Both the position numbers and the translations under genes were made by a program. A stretch of DNA of 64,000 nt from Octopus vulgaris (taxonomy: Eukaryota), in assembly GCA_951406725.2 (NCBI GenBank), contig OX597825.1, positions 38,564,001 to 38,628,000 of the forward strand, given 5' to 3'. Position 1 is the stretch's first letter, and the number at the start of each line of letters is the position of its first letter. The notes under the pieces are model-generated. The model made no database searches and was not told the origin of the DNA. It saw nothing but the letters and a program-made list of their open reading frames with translations. Below are positions 25,741 through 39,814 of this stretch, piece by piece.

Positions 25741-28563
25741 CATCGAATCTGTCACAGTTCAGCTACCTGGTTATATTATCATTAAAAATATAAGCAAAAC
25801 TATTTAGGAATTTACTCCATTCGAATTTACCCTAGAAAAATTTCCTATTCAAAGTCTGTTACCTGACAGAGTTTTCTTGTTGTTACTGTTTATACTGAAT
25901 ATTTTATGTAATTGTGCTTTAAATATTACGCTAAAGTTATGAAGCAATTTTACGTGTTGTGTAATGCTATGAAATGCATAAAATGTATCAATGGTGACAA
26001 AGCCTATACTCCAATATCTGATCGATGAGAGCCATACATAGTATATTCGTCTCTGTTGGAAAACCATACTACAGTACTTGATAAAACGTTGATAACTAAC
26101 TACCAGCCCATAATCAATCAAATTAAAGAACTATTTGTTCTCCTGTAATTCCAGTCTTTGATGTGTGTGGATAAATGTAATTTGCTGTCAAGTTATGCAA
26201 TGTTAGTTGCAAAGTAAAATTGATATAAAATTGACATGCTTAATTCTTTAGTATAAGAATTAGGTTATAGTTCACAACTATAGAAATGAAATCTCAATGG
26301 TACTCGTAAACTGCATGCTGATTTCTTTATGTAAAATTTTGGGACTATTTCAATAAAATCAATTGCTGCAGAATAGCCTGTCCAACATTTCATTCTTTTG
26401 TAATATGGTTCCTTCCTATATAATACTTTTAAAACGAAATTTACAATGTTCACGTTGTCTATATATTGTTCTCATAGCGTTAAATCAAAATTATATGCTT
26501 CCTTGTATCATGTAGTGTTGTAATCCATACTTTCTCTCTGGTAGCGCTATGATTGTCGTTTCACTTGTTTATTAAGAATTGTAGTAGTTATTCTTACAGT
26601 AGTTCATTGTCACTTCAGTCTAGACTCTTTATTCCATAATATGGTATATAATAAACGTCCATTATTAATCGGGATAGCCCAAAATGAAATCAATCTATCT
26701 CAGTATTGAAACGCACTAACTAGAATTATATTCGATTACCAAAATGTCTTCGCATCAACTGTAGCTAAATTAATAACTTTATGCTGGTCCCTTTAATTTC
26801 ATATGCAAAACGACGATTATATCTGTGTATCTCTTTTACAAGAATATTGGTTTCAAGGAACAAAAATATCTGAAGAAAGAACACATAGTCAGATTTTTGT
26901 TTATTGCCAAATCAAAGACAGCCATATTATTATAAAATTGTCAAATTAGAACAAACCAAATCTATGAGGCAGATTAAATTAATTTTGCTTACTATTCGAG
27001 AATCTAAAATGGAATTGCACTAAACCATTTTAAGGACACCATTTATTAGGAATACATTAATTTTTGTTTTTGGTTTTGAATAACTTCCATTATTAGACGC
27101 AAAAAAATCAAGCTTTTATGAGAGATTCAAGGAAACAAACATCTGCCAAAAATATCTTTTGATGTGTGTTTATACAAATTGGAGAAATTCGTTGAAGAGA
27201 CTGATAGATTTTGTTCTTTGAATGGAGATAGTAGCCTCTCGCCTGAATATCAGATTGGCTTCTGCTTCTTCAAACTGAATACTTCAATGAAAAGTCAACA
27301 AAGAATGGTAAAGGCTAACCATAGAATGCTAGATATCGATTTTCCTTCGATACTGCTTGCTGCTTAAATGCTGCAGCAGAATTGACCTTACGAAAGAATA
27401 GTTATTTTGAGAAAGTATCAGGCGATGGTGTAGTGAAGGGAACACTTGATATGCAATTAAACTGCTCTATATTCTAGCAATCCCACGTTTCACCTTTTCT
27501 CATGTCTACAGAATGTTTTTTTTTTCTTAAAAGGAAAAAAAGTTAAAATATATTAAGAATACCGTTTATCATGAGAATGATACATATTCGTATATGCTGA
27601 TTTGTGTTAATTTACCGCATGACACTCTACTAAAGCAGCATGTTAGAATCGTTATTAAATTACAATCCCATTTGAATTTAACAATATTTCACCAATATAT
27701 AATGCACATAGCTAGCGAATTCATTTAGTACTATGTGTTGTTTCACGCATTATTTAATTCAGAAGAGATGAAGTGATTAAAATAATTACCTCTTCGGATG
27801 TAACATGAGGGAGTGTGACAAATTTTTTTTTAAAATGAACTCAGTAAAATTAGAAGCATTCTTCATATTGGAATTGAAATCGGTTTCTATAAAATACTAT
27901 TAGAAATTGCGAATGACGGATTAAACTTTCGAATCACTGAGTACAAAGTTTGTTCATTTCACATGTCTATTTCCTTCACTGACTTTATTCATTTCACATG
28001 GTCTGCATCAACAATTATTTTGCATTTAATCAGAAGTGTGAAGTATATTTCTATTTCCTTTCCTACTTTTCCTAAGATAGAAAATACAGTCATTTCTAAT
28101 TTTTGTGTCAACTTCTTAAGTAAGTGACCGACAAATTAACGCTGTTAAATTACATTCCGTTGTAATTCAGAGCCGGAGTCCTTACATATCCGGTGTAATG
28201 AAGCATATTTCAAAATGTTTGGTGAATGACTGCCATTTTCCGCTGTTGTTACTGTGCATATTAGAGAAACATTAATTTCTTACATAGATGACAGTAGAAA
28301 GGAACTGAGTAATTTGTGTTTAAAAAGGCCTCTTGAATGTACTAAATGGTTTTAGAGCGTATGTTTCGGACAAGGTGCAAATCGTGCTTCAGAGATCTTA
28401 ATTAATATTCTAAAACTTAGCGAGGTCGAAAACACGTGGATGAATAATTCGTGAAGAATGAGACAAATGTTTGCACTCTACTAACCGTTAACAATAAGTT
28501 TCAAGATCAATATGAGCTAATTAATATTGGCTTACATTTCCCCTCTACATACAAGATATACAT

Positions 28564-28636
<73 letters not shown>

Positions 28637-29075
28637 TATACGAGGGAATTTTACCACTATGTGGAAACCCTTATGCTAGAAGAAGATTCGCTATGGTCTT
28701 AACCACTAAGAATTGTTCTCTAGAAAATTTTGCGAACTCTAGAAACGTAAGCGAGCAAGACAAATAAAAAGTAACAAAAATATAGACTAATCATAAACAG
28801 ATGTTTCACTATCAACAAATTACGTAATTTTACTTACATAATTTTTCTGTAGATCTTCAGTACGACCGTCTATACAATTATAATTTGCAGAACTACACGC
28901 CAGACATCAACACGAGGTCGAAAATGCATTCGGTTCTACTTATTACACTTGCTATTTTTCATGTATGTAATACTATTTACTGAATCTCATTTTTTTTATA
29001 TGCTGCACCACTGGTGTTAAATTAATGTTATCAAATTAATATCCAATTTTTCACCCTCATTTTAATTTTATATAT

Positions 29076-29173
<98 letters not shown>

Positions 29174-29934
29174 TATAGATATTTTTTGTGCATTTGTATC
29201 TGTATATGTCGGCACGTGTGAGTGCTTGTTCATGTGCTGTAAGTGTGTATTTACGCATTTGTTCTAATTTCATAACTTAAATTCTCGTTATGTATGTTCG
29301 CTGCATTGAGGCACTTAAAGATTCTGAACTGAAAATGTTTCAGATATTCAGAATCGTAAAACATGTGCAGAAGGAATGAAGAAATATGACTATTATTCAT
29401 TTTCTTCTTAGCATCAGAGAAGTTAGATGGTTTTTTTTTAAAATTACATTTTAGACTTTTCTTTAATTTGCTTAAAATTATGTTACAAGATATGGTAGGA
29501 AATTGACGGAAATATATAGAGTGTGTGAAGAGAAAAAGATTGGGTGGGGGCGAGACAGAGAAGTAACAATGTCCATCAAAGTATGACAGTGAAATGTAGG
29601 GAAAATTGAAACGAGACGCACAGAGAAGCACTACTAAAAGGTGTCGTTGAGTTAAGACAGAAACAAGTAATACTCTACATCACAGAATTGGAAATATATA
29701 AATAGGATGATGCATACAACCACGTTATAGATAGTAAGGGAATATCAAAAGATGCGAGGTGTACAGTAAATAACAGGAAGATCAGGAAGCACGCATGCGT
29801 CTGTGTGCTCTCTTGTATTTGTATGTGTAAGACTATGTGCTTACAATCATCCGTCCCATTTCATTCAAAATACATATAAATAAAATCTATATTACCTGAA
29901 TATTGTCTTCATAAAATGAAAATGCTAAAAAAAC

Positions 29935-30250
29935 CCAGCTTACTGGTTAGGGCAATCGGCTCACGATCGTCAGGTCGTGAGTTCAATTCCCGGCGGCGGT
30001 TTGTGTCCTTGAGCAAGATTCTTTATTTCACATTGCTCCATTCCACTCAACTGGCAAAAATGAGTAGTACCGGTATTTCAAAACGGCCAGTCTTGTCACA
30101 CTCTATGTCACGCTGAATCTCCCTGAGAACTACGTTAATGTTACAAGTGTTTGTGGAGTACTCAGCCACTTGCACGTTAATTTCATGAGCAAGTGGTTAT
30201 GTTGATCGCATCAGCTGGCACCCTCCTTGTAGCAACAGACGGAGCGCTCT
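29935..30250 (+). mobile_element. tRNA-derived SINE with CORE-like central domain
   Basis: tRNA-like head (tggttaggg A-box-like, gagttcaattcccgg B-box) followed by gtgtccttgagcaag...cacattgctcca, a CORE/MIR-like motif. Confidence 0.8.
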
Positions 30251-30259
30251 TATATATAT

Positions 30260-31762
30260 ACACATTATTTACGTTATTTACATTGCACGGATATGTGCCC
30301 TCGTCTTGTTAGTTCTTACACAGAGTTTCAGCTGATTCACTCCTCTCCTGATGGAGCCTTCAACAGGTTTTGGTAGAATTTTGAACCTAAATCACTCCTA
30401 CGTTACTTTTTGCCGATGTTGTTGTTGTTGTTATTATCATTATTTATCTATTTATTGTTTATTTATTCAAGGTACTTTCTGGAATTGAACTCGCAATCTT
30501 GAGATTAGTAGGGTCAATTATTGAGTGAAATTTTAGGGCATATAAACTTAATATCTTTGGGTCCTTCCTTCATACAGGTTCCATATTCTACTCATACCTG
30601 CACTAGGTCTACTTAGGAGGTCTATTTTGTGTTCTCGCATTTGTGATGCCTCTTTTAGTTTTCGTATTATTTTAACTTCATCCCACACGGGAATGTGTAC
30701 TCCCCTTTTCCATACATGATCAGTTATACCCAATTTTTAAAATATCTCGTGCCACGGCTTTACGCTGTTCCTCTACACTTATTTTGAGTGAGCGGCATGT
30801 TTCACCTTTGTATAACTACCACAATTGCATGGAATGGCATACATGCAGTCTTTGGTCATATTTTCTTCTATTGATAGTTTTACGCGAAGGATATATCTGC
30901 GAAGTGTTATTATATATTTGAATACCATCCTGCTGTCATATGGAATGCATAACTTCTGTATGTTTTCAGAAAGGCCTTTCACAGAGGGTAATCAGAATGT
31001 GATCAGTTTATGGGCTTCATCCTTTCTCCTTTTCGTAACTGGAATGGATAATATGTTTTTGGGGTAGCTGTTGCTTAATACGTTGTTACTTAGCTCAAAT
31101 CCTCAAATCATTTCTTCGTGGTGTGTGTTAGGATCGTTATATTCTTTATTCGATATTTTAGGCACTGAGCAATCCCTCTCTTTACTCAGTATAGATGGTG
31201 GGAATCGAAGTTGAGGTATCGTGCAGTGAAGTTTGGCTTGTGGTATACGGATGTCCTGAACCCATGCTTAGTGAGTGTTACTAATACATCCAGGAATGCT
31301 AGCAGACTAACTATGGATAGCTATATTGAGTTCACACGATCTAACAATTCTTGGACATTTTCTGGTGGGGCCAGAGTATAAAAGTGTCAGCAATGCATCG
31401 ACGTCATAGAATTGGCTTTAGTGGCATTCGTCCTAGACCCAAATTCTCAAAGTATTCCATGTATATAGTGGCTATTATTGGTGATAATGACGAACACATA
31501 GCTAAAACAAGCATCATCCTGTCGATATGCCTCTGTATGTACTGAAGTAGGTAGTTTCTACACAGGAGATCAAATTTTCCATCAAATTTCCTATTAGTAG
31601 ACTAGTGCTATCTTTTAGATAGGTGTCCGTCACTAAAAATTCTTGAATCACCGATACGCTTCATCAGTTCCGACTTTGGTGAAGAAACTTACTACATCAA
31701 GATTTACAATCTTGGATCCAATGGGGGTATCCTTGATCAATTCTGTGAAGAGTGTGGAATTC

Positions 31763-31765
<3 letters not shown>
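30260..31765 (-). mobile_element. 5'-truncated Penelope-like element: RT, GIY-YIG endonuclease and 3' terminal repeat with degenerate hammerhead
   Basis: Minus-strand fragments DVVSFFTKV, LAMCSSLSPIIATIYMEYFE, ILWPHQK, RTSVYHKPNFTARYLNFDSHH, KDCMYAIPCNCG, GITDHVW..HIPVWDEVKII..RKLKEA; hammerhead remnant CTGTTGA-AGGCT...AGCT-GAAAC at 30370-30317. Confidence 0.9.
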
Positions 31766-31816
<51 letters not shown>

Positions 31817-31825
31817 CATATATAT

Positions 31826-32293
31826 TAAATCTCCATTTCGAGCACAGGGTAAGCTATATTTTCGTGGAAGAAGATTTATGTTCCTATAACCTGTGTTAAT
31901 TCTGTTACCCTTTAAAATAGAAGAAATGAAAGTTCTTTTTCGGCACTTGATGATTTGGGAACCAGACAAAAATTGCTACAGCTCGGCTGGAATGTGTTAC
32001 CCCACCATCCATATTCACCAGATATTGCTCCTTTGGATTTCCACATAGTCAGGTCTGTGCAGAATAGACTTAATGGTAAACATTTCAATTCCTTGGATGA
32101 CGTAAAACGATACCTGAGGAATTATTTAACATGAAACCACCTCAATTCTGGGAAGAGGGTATTTTCAAGTTAATGGAAATATGGAGATACATTCTGCAAC
32201 AAAATGTTTCATAATTGGTTGATTAAAAATGTAATGGCAAGTATTTATTGACCATTTTCATTCCTTTAAAATCGGCACGAACTTCCGGACAAC

Positions 32294-32297
<4 letters not shown>
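31826..32297 (+). mobile_element. Internally deleted mariner with 3' TIR
   Basis: MKVLFRHLMIW joined to TRQKLLQLGWNVLPHHPYSPDIAPLDFH (YSPDLAP motif)...FWEEGIFKL; 3' TIR cggcacgaacttccggacaacccaa followed by TA. Confidence 0.9.
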
Positions 32298-32381
<84 letters not shown>

Positions 32382-32502
32382 ACAATCAGCATGTTCAAAC
32401 AAAATTATATCTTTATTTTAGGTCATACTTTAAAAATGAACACATATACTGCCTGCTTACTTTGTGTCTGCCAGGAATTTTAGTCACATATTTTTGTGAG
32501 TG

Positions 32503-32534
<32 letters not shown>

Positions 32535-32557
32535 CGTGTATGTGTGTTTGTGCCTGC

Positions 32558-32605
<48 letters not shown>

Positions 32606-33245
32606 CCCTGCCCCCACACACGCACACAAAAACATATATTCTGGCTTCAGATTTGTGTTGTCGCCAAAATCACAGTTTTGCTTATATTTTTCTTTAGAAA
32701 TTTAGGGATATATATTTATCGCACTAATGATCTAAAAGATGAGGAAAATATCATTGCTGACAAGATTAAATGTTTCAAGAGTCACCAATGACGGCAATAA
32801 ATACATAAAATCTATTGAAGTCATTTATATTTCTTCATACTTCAGTTAGTCTGCGAGCAACTAACACAAGCACAAGGAACACATCATCACGTTTCTATAA
32901 GCATTATGTACGATCAAACCCACACCCTCTTGATCTGCGAACATCACCACCGAAATCTATACCCTTCCACCAATAAATTATTAGCATATTTATCAATATA
33001 AGATAGAAAAAAAAAGAGAATTCGCCTTAAACAGATGAGGATCAATTTAATAAATGTGGCATCATATTTACACTGTTTCAGAAAAAAAGGTATGAGCTAT
33101 ATATATGCGTCTCGGATATAATTTTTGATTACATGTGTGATTCATAAGAAATGATCTTCTTTTAAATATCAGACAAATCGACCACTGCACGAAAATATAG
33201 ATATTTTAATTCAGTACGAAAAGTATACGGATAGACACACCATGC

Positions 33246-33355
33246 AACTACTACTACCCTTACTCCCCCTCCTCTTCCTCCTTCCTCCTCTTCCTCCTCC
33301 TCCTCCTCCTACTACTACTACTACTACTACAACTGCTGCTGCTGCTGTTACTACA

Positions 33356-33417
<62 letters not shown>

Positions 33418-33437
33418 TACTACTACTACTACTACTA
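33246..33437. repeat. Compound (CCT)n/(CTA)n/(CTG)n trinucleotide microsatellite
   Basis: Read directly. Confidence 0.95.
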
Positions 33438-34019
33438 TATTAATATGCTAATCGCTAAACTGTTATCTATTACATGTAGTGCCCTCGTTAGAAATACAAA
33501 TAATATGTCTCGTATAATAAATGCATTTGCATATATTTGGTAAATACTGTGGCGAAATAACCTACAATGTACTCAGACGAAAAAATAATCAGATACGTTA
33601 AAATTTGAAGAATTTAATATAATGTTTCTACAAAAATGGAAGCTGAATTATGCAATTATATACAGAAACATATTCTTACGAACATAAAACGATTTAATAC
33701 AATTTCTATGTATATAAATTTATTTACATGCGGGTATTTGTTGGCTGGTGTATGATGCATGTTTTTTTACCTTAGAAAAGTTCATTAGTAAATATTAATT
33801 TTGTTGCATAAACTACAACCAACGCATTTAGTATTTGATGCTCATATTTATTAGATGCATTAATTTACTATATAATCTACAGCGCTTAATTTTTGAGACA
33901 ACTGTTGGAGACGGAAGGAGAAAATGTGATAAGGCGCTGCAGATGTGCCAAAGGACAGTAGAAAAAAGACGTAGGTTTCCTCAGAATGGTACCACTAAGA
34001 GAAACCTAATCGCCCGATG

Positions 34020-36275
34020 TCGTTTGACGCGTCTTGCCATGCTGTATGAGATGTTTCTTTTGATGTGTGATGGAGGGCAAGAGTAGAAATTTAAAAGTTG
34101 GTGTGTGTCAGATGCTTTGTAATATATATTTGTTGTGAATGTGGAGTTCTGTATTTTTATGTGGATATTCAGTAATGGTAATTCATTGCAACTGGATTCA
34201 GTCGTGAATTTGATGGATTAGTGAAGTGTGTTCAGTATATTTTTAAATATACTTAGATCTTCATTCGATCTATCTCAGAAGACGAAGCAATCATCAACGA
34301 AACATTTCCACTCCTGGTCAAAATTCTACTTCCTCATAGAGTTTTTTCTTCAAAGTAACCTTTGCATATGAGGGTGCAAACAGCGTCCCCATAGCCGTGC
34401 CCTTTCTGTCGATATATTTCATCGTCGAATCTAAAGCCATTTGCTTCTAATACCAGGCGTGTGGCCTTCGTGATCCAGTCAGACTTGAAGCGTTCATTTT
34501 CAGTCCTCTCTGTTCCTCTACTTAGTGTTTGATTCCTCCTAGGTCTAAAGTGTGTTAATTTTATTCATCATTGATTTTTTCTGAGTGTTTTGTTTTTTCC
34601 TTGTAGTAGGTTTGGTTTGCTAACATTCCCAATATTTTATCTTTACAACAGTCTTTGTGCATGATTACTATCACCCCTCGCTTATCAGCTTCTTTTAGTA
34701 TGACTGAGTTGTTATTCTTCAGTGTTTGTAACGCTTCTTTTTCTTCTTGACGGAGGTTTTGTTTGCCTCTGCGGGTATTTAGGAGAAATTTTGAAATCGT
34801 GTCTATATACGCGTCTAAAATCTTGTCCCTCCCCTTGTAGGGAGTGAATTGTGATTTATTTCTGACTATTGAGTGATCATTTAAATCCTTACTACTGAAG
34901 AATTCTATAAATCGTAGGTGGCGGTTGAAGTGTTCAATAGCAGATTTCAGTTCATTGAGATTAGGGGTGGTTGTTAGGGTAAACTTGAAACCTTGTAATA
35001 GGAGGTTCATCTCATTCTTGATGAGGTTTCTATTTGACAAATTTATAATCTTCGGGTCTATATGTTCTGTATGTTCATTTACATTTTGTGTTTATAGGGT
35101 CTAGTGCGTGACTTTGGTATTTTCTCCCTAAAAAAGGAATTGTGTTAGTGTGTATCCATTTTCTGATTTCGGGATTCTGGTTCCCATGTAGGCGGGAGGA
35201 TGGTTCATATCTTTTATAGGAATTCCGTTGGTTTAGGTTTTGTTTCCTTCCCATCTTCCAGGTTTTTTTCACCATTCAGGATATATGGGTCGTAAATTGT
35301 GGGTTGCTTCAGTTATCATGTTGATTATTATTCATATTATATACCTGTGTTGTTTATATTTTCTTTTTCTTTCTTCCCCTGTTTCTTACATGTAGGAGAC
35401 ATGATATTACGGGTTGGTGGTTGTCTGTATGTTATTTGTTTTTCATGTCTTTTGTCCTTATCCATCTTCGGTGTTTGAAATTATGGGTTGATGATGGATT
35501 TCTACTCTGTACTTGGGTTGAGATGGAGGTAATTTCCGCGTATGTTCTTAGGTAATTAGAGGTTCGCTACCTTAGTGCGCTTCCTCTGGTGTTGGTGTCT
35601 ATGCTTGTTTTCGATTTCCTCGTATTTTATTGTTGTTGTGGTTTCGTTTTCATAATTCGTCATAGCTTTTTTCTTATTCAGTGAACAACTCTTGTTTTCC
35701 CCACATTTTATGGATTTTTCTTCTTCCCGCTTTGTGTCTTCTTTCCATAGTTTTTGCACTTTTTCATGGCATTGATTGTCACTCCACGCAGCAATTTCAG
35801 CAAGCATAACTGCATCTGTTGCTTTTACTTTCTCTTCGTGTCGTATCTTTCGTGATTGTAGAAAAGCGATTTCTGCTTCTAGTCGGCATAAAGATAAATT
35901 CGCACGTATCTTTGTCTCTTCTAGTGATTCACTTCTTATTTCTTTAACAAGAAATTTTCTGGGCCCGATTGTATTTTCTTTACTTTGCTAAAACTGGTAG
36001 GGGTTGGCTATATTGTTCCATCAAATGCTTTTCCAATATGCATGTTTTCGTTGATCAAGAAGTTTCTTCCAGAGATGTGGTTTCAAGTGATTTTGTTGTC
36101 GTATATCAATTCTTGTTTGTCTCTGTTGTTAAAGCACCTTCTGTATGCGTATCATTCACAGTTTCATCTGCATTGCTGAACATTGTGTCAAATCTTGAGA
36201 TAAGTAAATTCAACTTATTTTTGCGTTCTTATTTTTGGTGTTTCTCGGCTGCGAATTTGATTGTGATCCATTCAT
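34020..36275 (-). mobile_element. Penelope-like element: long N-terminal region plus RT, decayed
   Basis: Minus-strand WKKLLDQRKHAYWK; LLLQGFKFT..NLRQEEKEALQTLKNNNSVILKEADKRGVIVIM (ADKG motif); KGTAMGTLFAPSYA; TNIYYKASDTHQLLNFYSCPPSHIKRNISYSMARR (thumb). Confidence 0.9.
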
Positions 36276-36277
36276 TC

Positions 36278-36942
36278 TGGAACATGCAACAAAAACATTG
36301 AATACGTAGAATGTTGTTCCCACATACATTTCAAGAGAAGATTCCTTTTCCAAATAGATGCAGATATGAACTGCAAAATGAAAAATTTCGTATAGTGCAT
36401 TACCTGCCCAAACTTCTACGAAAATTATATTGGCGAAACAAATAATTCCCTCTGCCAACATGCAAGAATCCATAGGCAACATATCCGACAATAGGAATTA
36501 CGCAAGATTCCATTAAATATTTGGAAATATGCACACAATAGCACTGGCCACTTCCAAGCACCCCAACCATCAACCACACACCTACACATTACAGACGCAC
36601 ACATCCACACGTCAAAATCACCAGCCGCTATCCACACGCACACATACTCACACATACTCAAATGCACGTGCACCGTCATTTTGGTATCACCAGTACATTA
36701 TCATCCTCCCTTCTTCCTAGCTCTCCTATCTAACTACTTTTGTTCAACCAGTCGTCATGATTGACGGCTAAATCCATAAGTTTTTAATATTCTCTCTCTA
36801 TATCTTCTCGTGCTCCTTTCAGTTGAAGAGTGTATGCTCGAAACGTAAAATACTTTCTCACCTTCCTCAGCGTCAGATAAATACACCTGCTTGTTGTTTA
36901 TACACCCATCTTCGTACTTTGTTTTTCTTTAATTTCCACTGT
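36278..36942 (+). mobile_element. Penelope-like 3' segment: Cys-rich linker, GIY-YIG endonuclease and terminal repeat with degenerate hammerhead
   Basis: TCNKN..ECCSHI; FQIDADMNCKMKNFV*CITCPNFYENYIGETNNSLCQHARIHRQHIRQ (36348-36494); cagttga-a-gagt-gtat-gctc-gaaacgta at 36820-36847. Confidence 0.85.
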
Positions 36943-36981
36943 ATATATATATATATACACACTCACACACACATATATATA

Positions 36982-37044
<63 letters not shown>

Positions 37045-37328
37045 CTATGTATATTTATATATAAGTAAGCATATAACTATGTAGATAGACAGGTGCATAG
37101 GCAATACAGCCAGACAAGCTCAGGTATACACAGTCATACGTACATACATACACATAGACGCAGTCACAAGCGCACAAACAAACAAATAAATATACTAAAA
37201 TAACGCAGTTCCGATAACGGACAGTCAACTAATATTGTAGAGGTTGAAAGAAACAGCAAATATTTTTGAAAAATTATATATATATGTGTGTGTGTGTGTG
37301 TGCGTTTGTGCGTGTGTGCACTTATATA

Positions 37329-37387
<59 letters not shown>

Positions 37388-39482
37388 CTGTGTGTGTATA
37401 TGTACGTATATATTTATACGTGTGTATGCGCGTGTTTCTATCATGATTTTATAAACTAATTATTACCACGATCACGAAGATATTCAGAATATTTTTTCTG
37501 TATTTTTTATATTCGGCAGATATATTCCAATATATTCTAAGACATATTCCCTTCGTCATATAGCCTACTTACACTACTGTCTTTAAAATTTTCGCTTAAA
37601 CGTAAGTATTTTAATTTCTCTCGTCTATATTCTTAGAAAATATTGGTGAATTAATGAAAAATATTTAAGCTTTAAATGCAAAGCGTTCGGAATAATGTAT
37701 TTTATTAATTTGAAAATTGTGAAAATTCTTTTATACTTTCTATTACATAAAGATGTTTTTATTCTGAAAGACCGTCATATTGCAGCATGGGAATAATGCA
37801 GATTTGCAGCATTTCCCCAACATATATTTCTATTGAACTACAAATCAATAATCTAGGACGCATCTCAGCATCATACAAATATAACCATAGCAACAACATA
37901 TTTCTTTAAAACGCGCTTTGTGCAACATCGCCATATCTTTTGCATCTGTTTACATGCGGTGGAGCCCCTGTAAATGCTTTTTGTGAGTTTGAATAATCAA
38001 TGACAGTATACGAAGAATATGTCGTACATATCCATTTTTCCAATAATGATATGAAAATGTAAATGTCCATAACTCTCACTTGATCAATAGATCAGCTTGA
38101 TTAGGTTATACAATATGTCTGCTTGTTGTATAATAACAATACATTTAAGAAATGCGGATTAATGTGCATTTCAAAACGGGACATTATTATTCGACGTTAC
38201 TGCGCATATGAGACTGACTCCGAACGAATTGGTTCAAATTTGATATCATACGTTGTCCGTGATAACTATCATAAATGCTCAACACCTGAAGGAAAATCAA
38301 TCCTCACAGACAGCCAGCCATATTCCATTTCTGAAGATTTAACATTCATTATGGATTGTTTACTACAGACATTTATCGGAAAAATTCTGAACCTATGAGA
38401 ATGATATTCAAACTGGAACTACGTGTCTGTACACAACAACACCTATCTGATTAGAAGGTAAAATAATGTTTGAAAATTATGTCAGTATTTGTACAGATCT
38501 GGTGTTTCCATTTAATCTGTACCTTACAAAAATGAAATTATTGCATCAAAACTCTTGTCTAAATACCTACAATGGTATTCAAAATTTTACGTTTGCAAAA
38601 TTCTCATCCAAATATTTAAAAGAAAATACGAAGCAAAATATTTTGCTAATAGAATACTAAGTAACGAAATACACTTATGTCGATATGAATTCCCGATCAG
38701 TGGAAATATATATAAATAGAAATAAGTAACAATTGAAACACAGGTGTCAATTCATTACGGCCGTTATTAACGACTCTTTGAATTGATTAATGATTACATA
38801 GTATCATTGTAAAGAAACCACTCTTCTCAAATAAATACACAAACTTTACAAGTAAGGATATTCCAAATGATTTAACATATATTAAAACACACGTAGCAAA
38901 ACGTTTTCAATGTTTCTGCTACTTTTTTCAGTTGACAGAATAAGTGCCGGTTTCGCTTAAGCTAATTATAATAAAGTAATTTATGATAATGTTATAATTC
39001 ATGCAATCATTATTTAGTTTTCATAACATGTTAGTAGTATGAAGGTTATTTGTTAATGAAACATGAACGTTACCCCTACTAAACTATATTCACTTCCCGA
39101 TTCCTTTTTAAAGTATACATTCTCCTACTATCATGGAACAAAAGCATACAATAAAGCATGAAATATATATATATGGATATATCCTTTGCAACATAAAATA
39201 TTTCTTTTGATTTTCCTTCGTTTTATATCTTTTTAATTCATCACGGAAAAGTTATAGTTAAAAATTAGAAATGCACATATCTATATCTATCTTTGTAATT
39301 ATACATTTGTGTATATACATACAAACATACGTACACACACACACATACACGCACAAATAGCACATACCCTATGTGTATGTGTGTATATACACAGATGCAC
39401 ATACCCACATCCACAGGCCTACATAGACACATATGCATATATGTGTATGTATGAACACACAAACGCGCAAAAGCACACAAAT

Positions 39483-39545
<63 letters not shown>

Positions 39546-39814
39546 AGTATTAGCAACAATTTTAAGGATATAGAATATCCTCAAAATTTGCTTCCACTTG
39601 TTTTGCAATACTATACACCATATTATTATAGCCTTTATGACCTACATGTATTTCCACTGCAACATAAATACTAAGGGATGTATTAACCTGGAACATACCT
39701 GAGAGCCACATTGGTATCACCCTGGATAACATACCCCACCTAACTCACATTTATATTTACATGTATGTGTATGTATGTGTGCGCGCGAATGGTGCATGCG
39801 CGCGCGTATGTATA

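Noticed and set aside
29935-29995. tRNA gene candidates (also at 50000-50075 and other SINE heads)
   Set aside because: No complete cloverleaf or acceptor stem, and they continue into SINE bodies.
36086-36099. Match to the 3' half of miR-7 (agtgattttgttgt)
   Set aside because: The seed is absent and the match lies inside the Penelope coding region.
38123-38460. 91-aa ORF / possible exon
   Set aside because: No recognisable domain; the candidate AG..GT-bounded exon has stops in all three frames.
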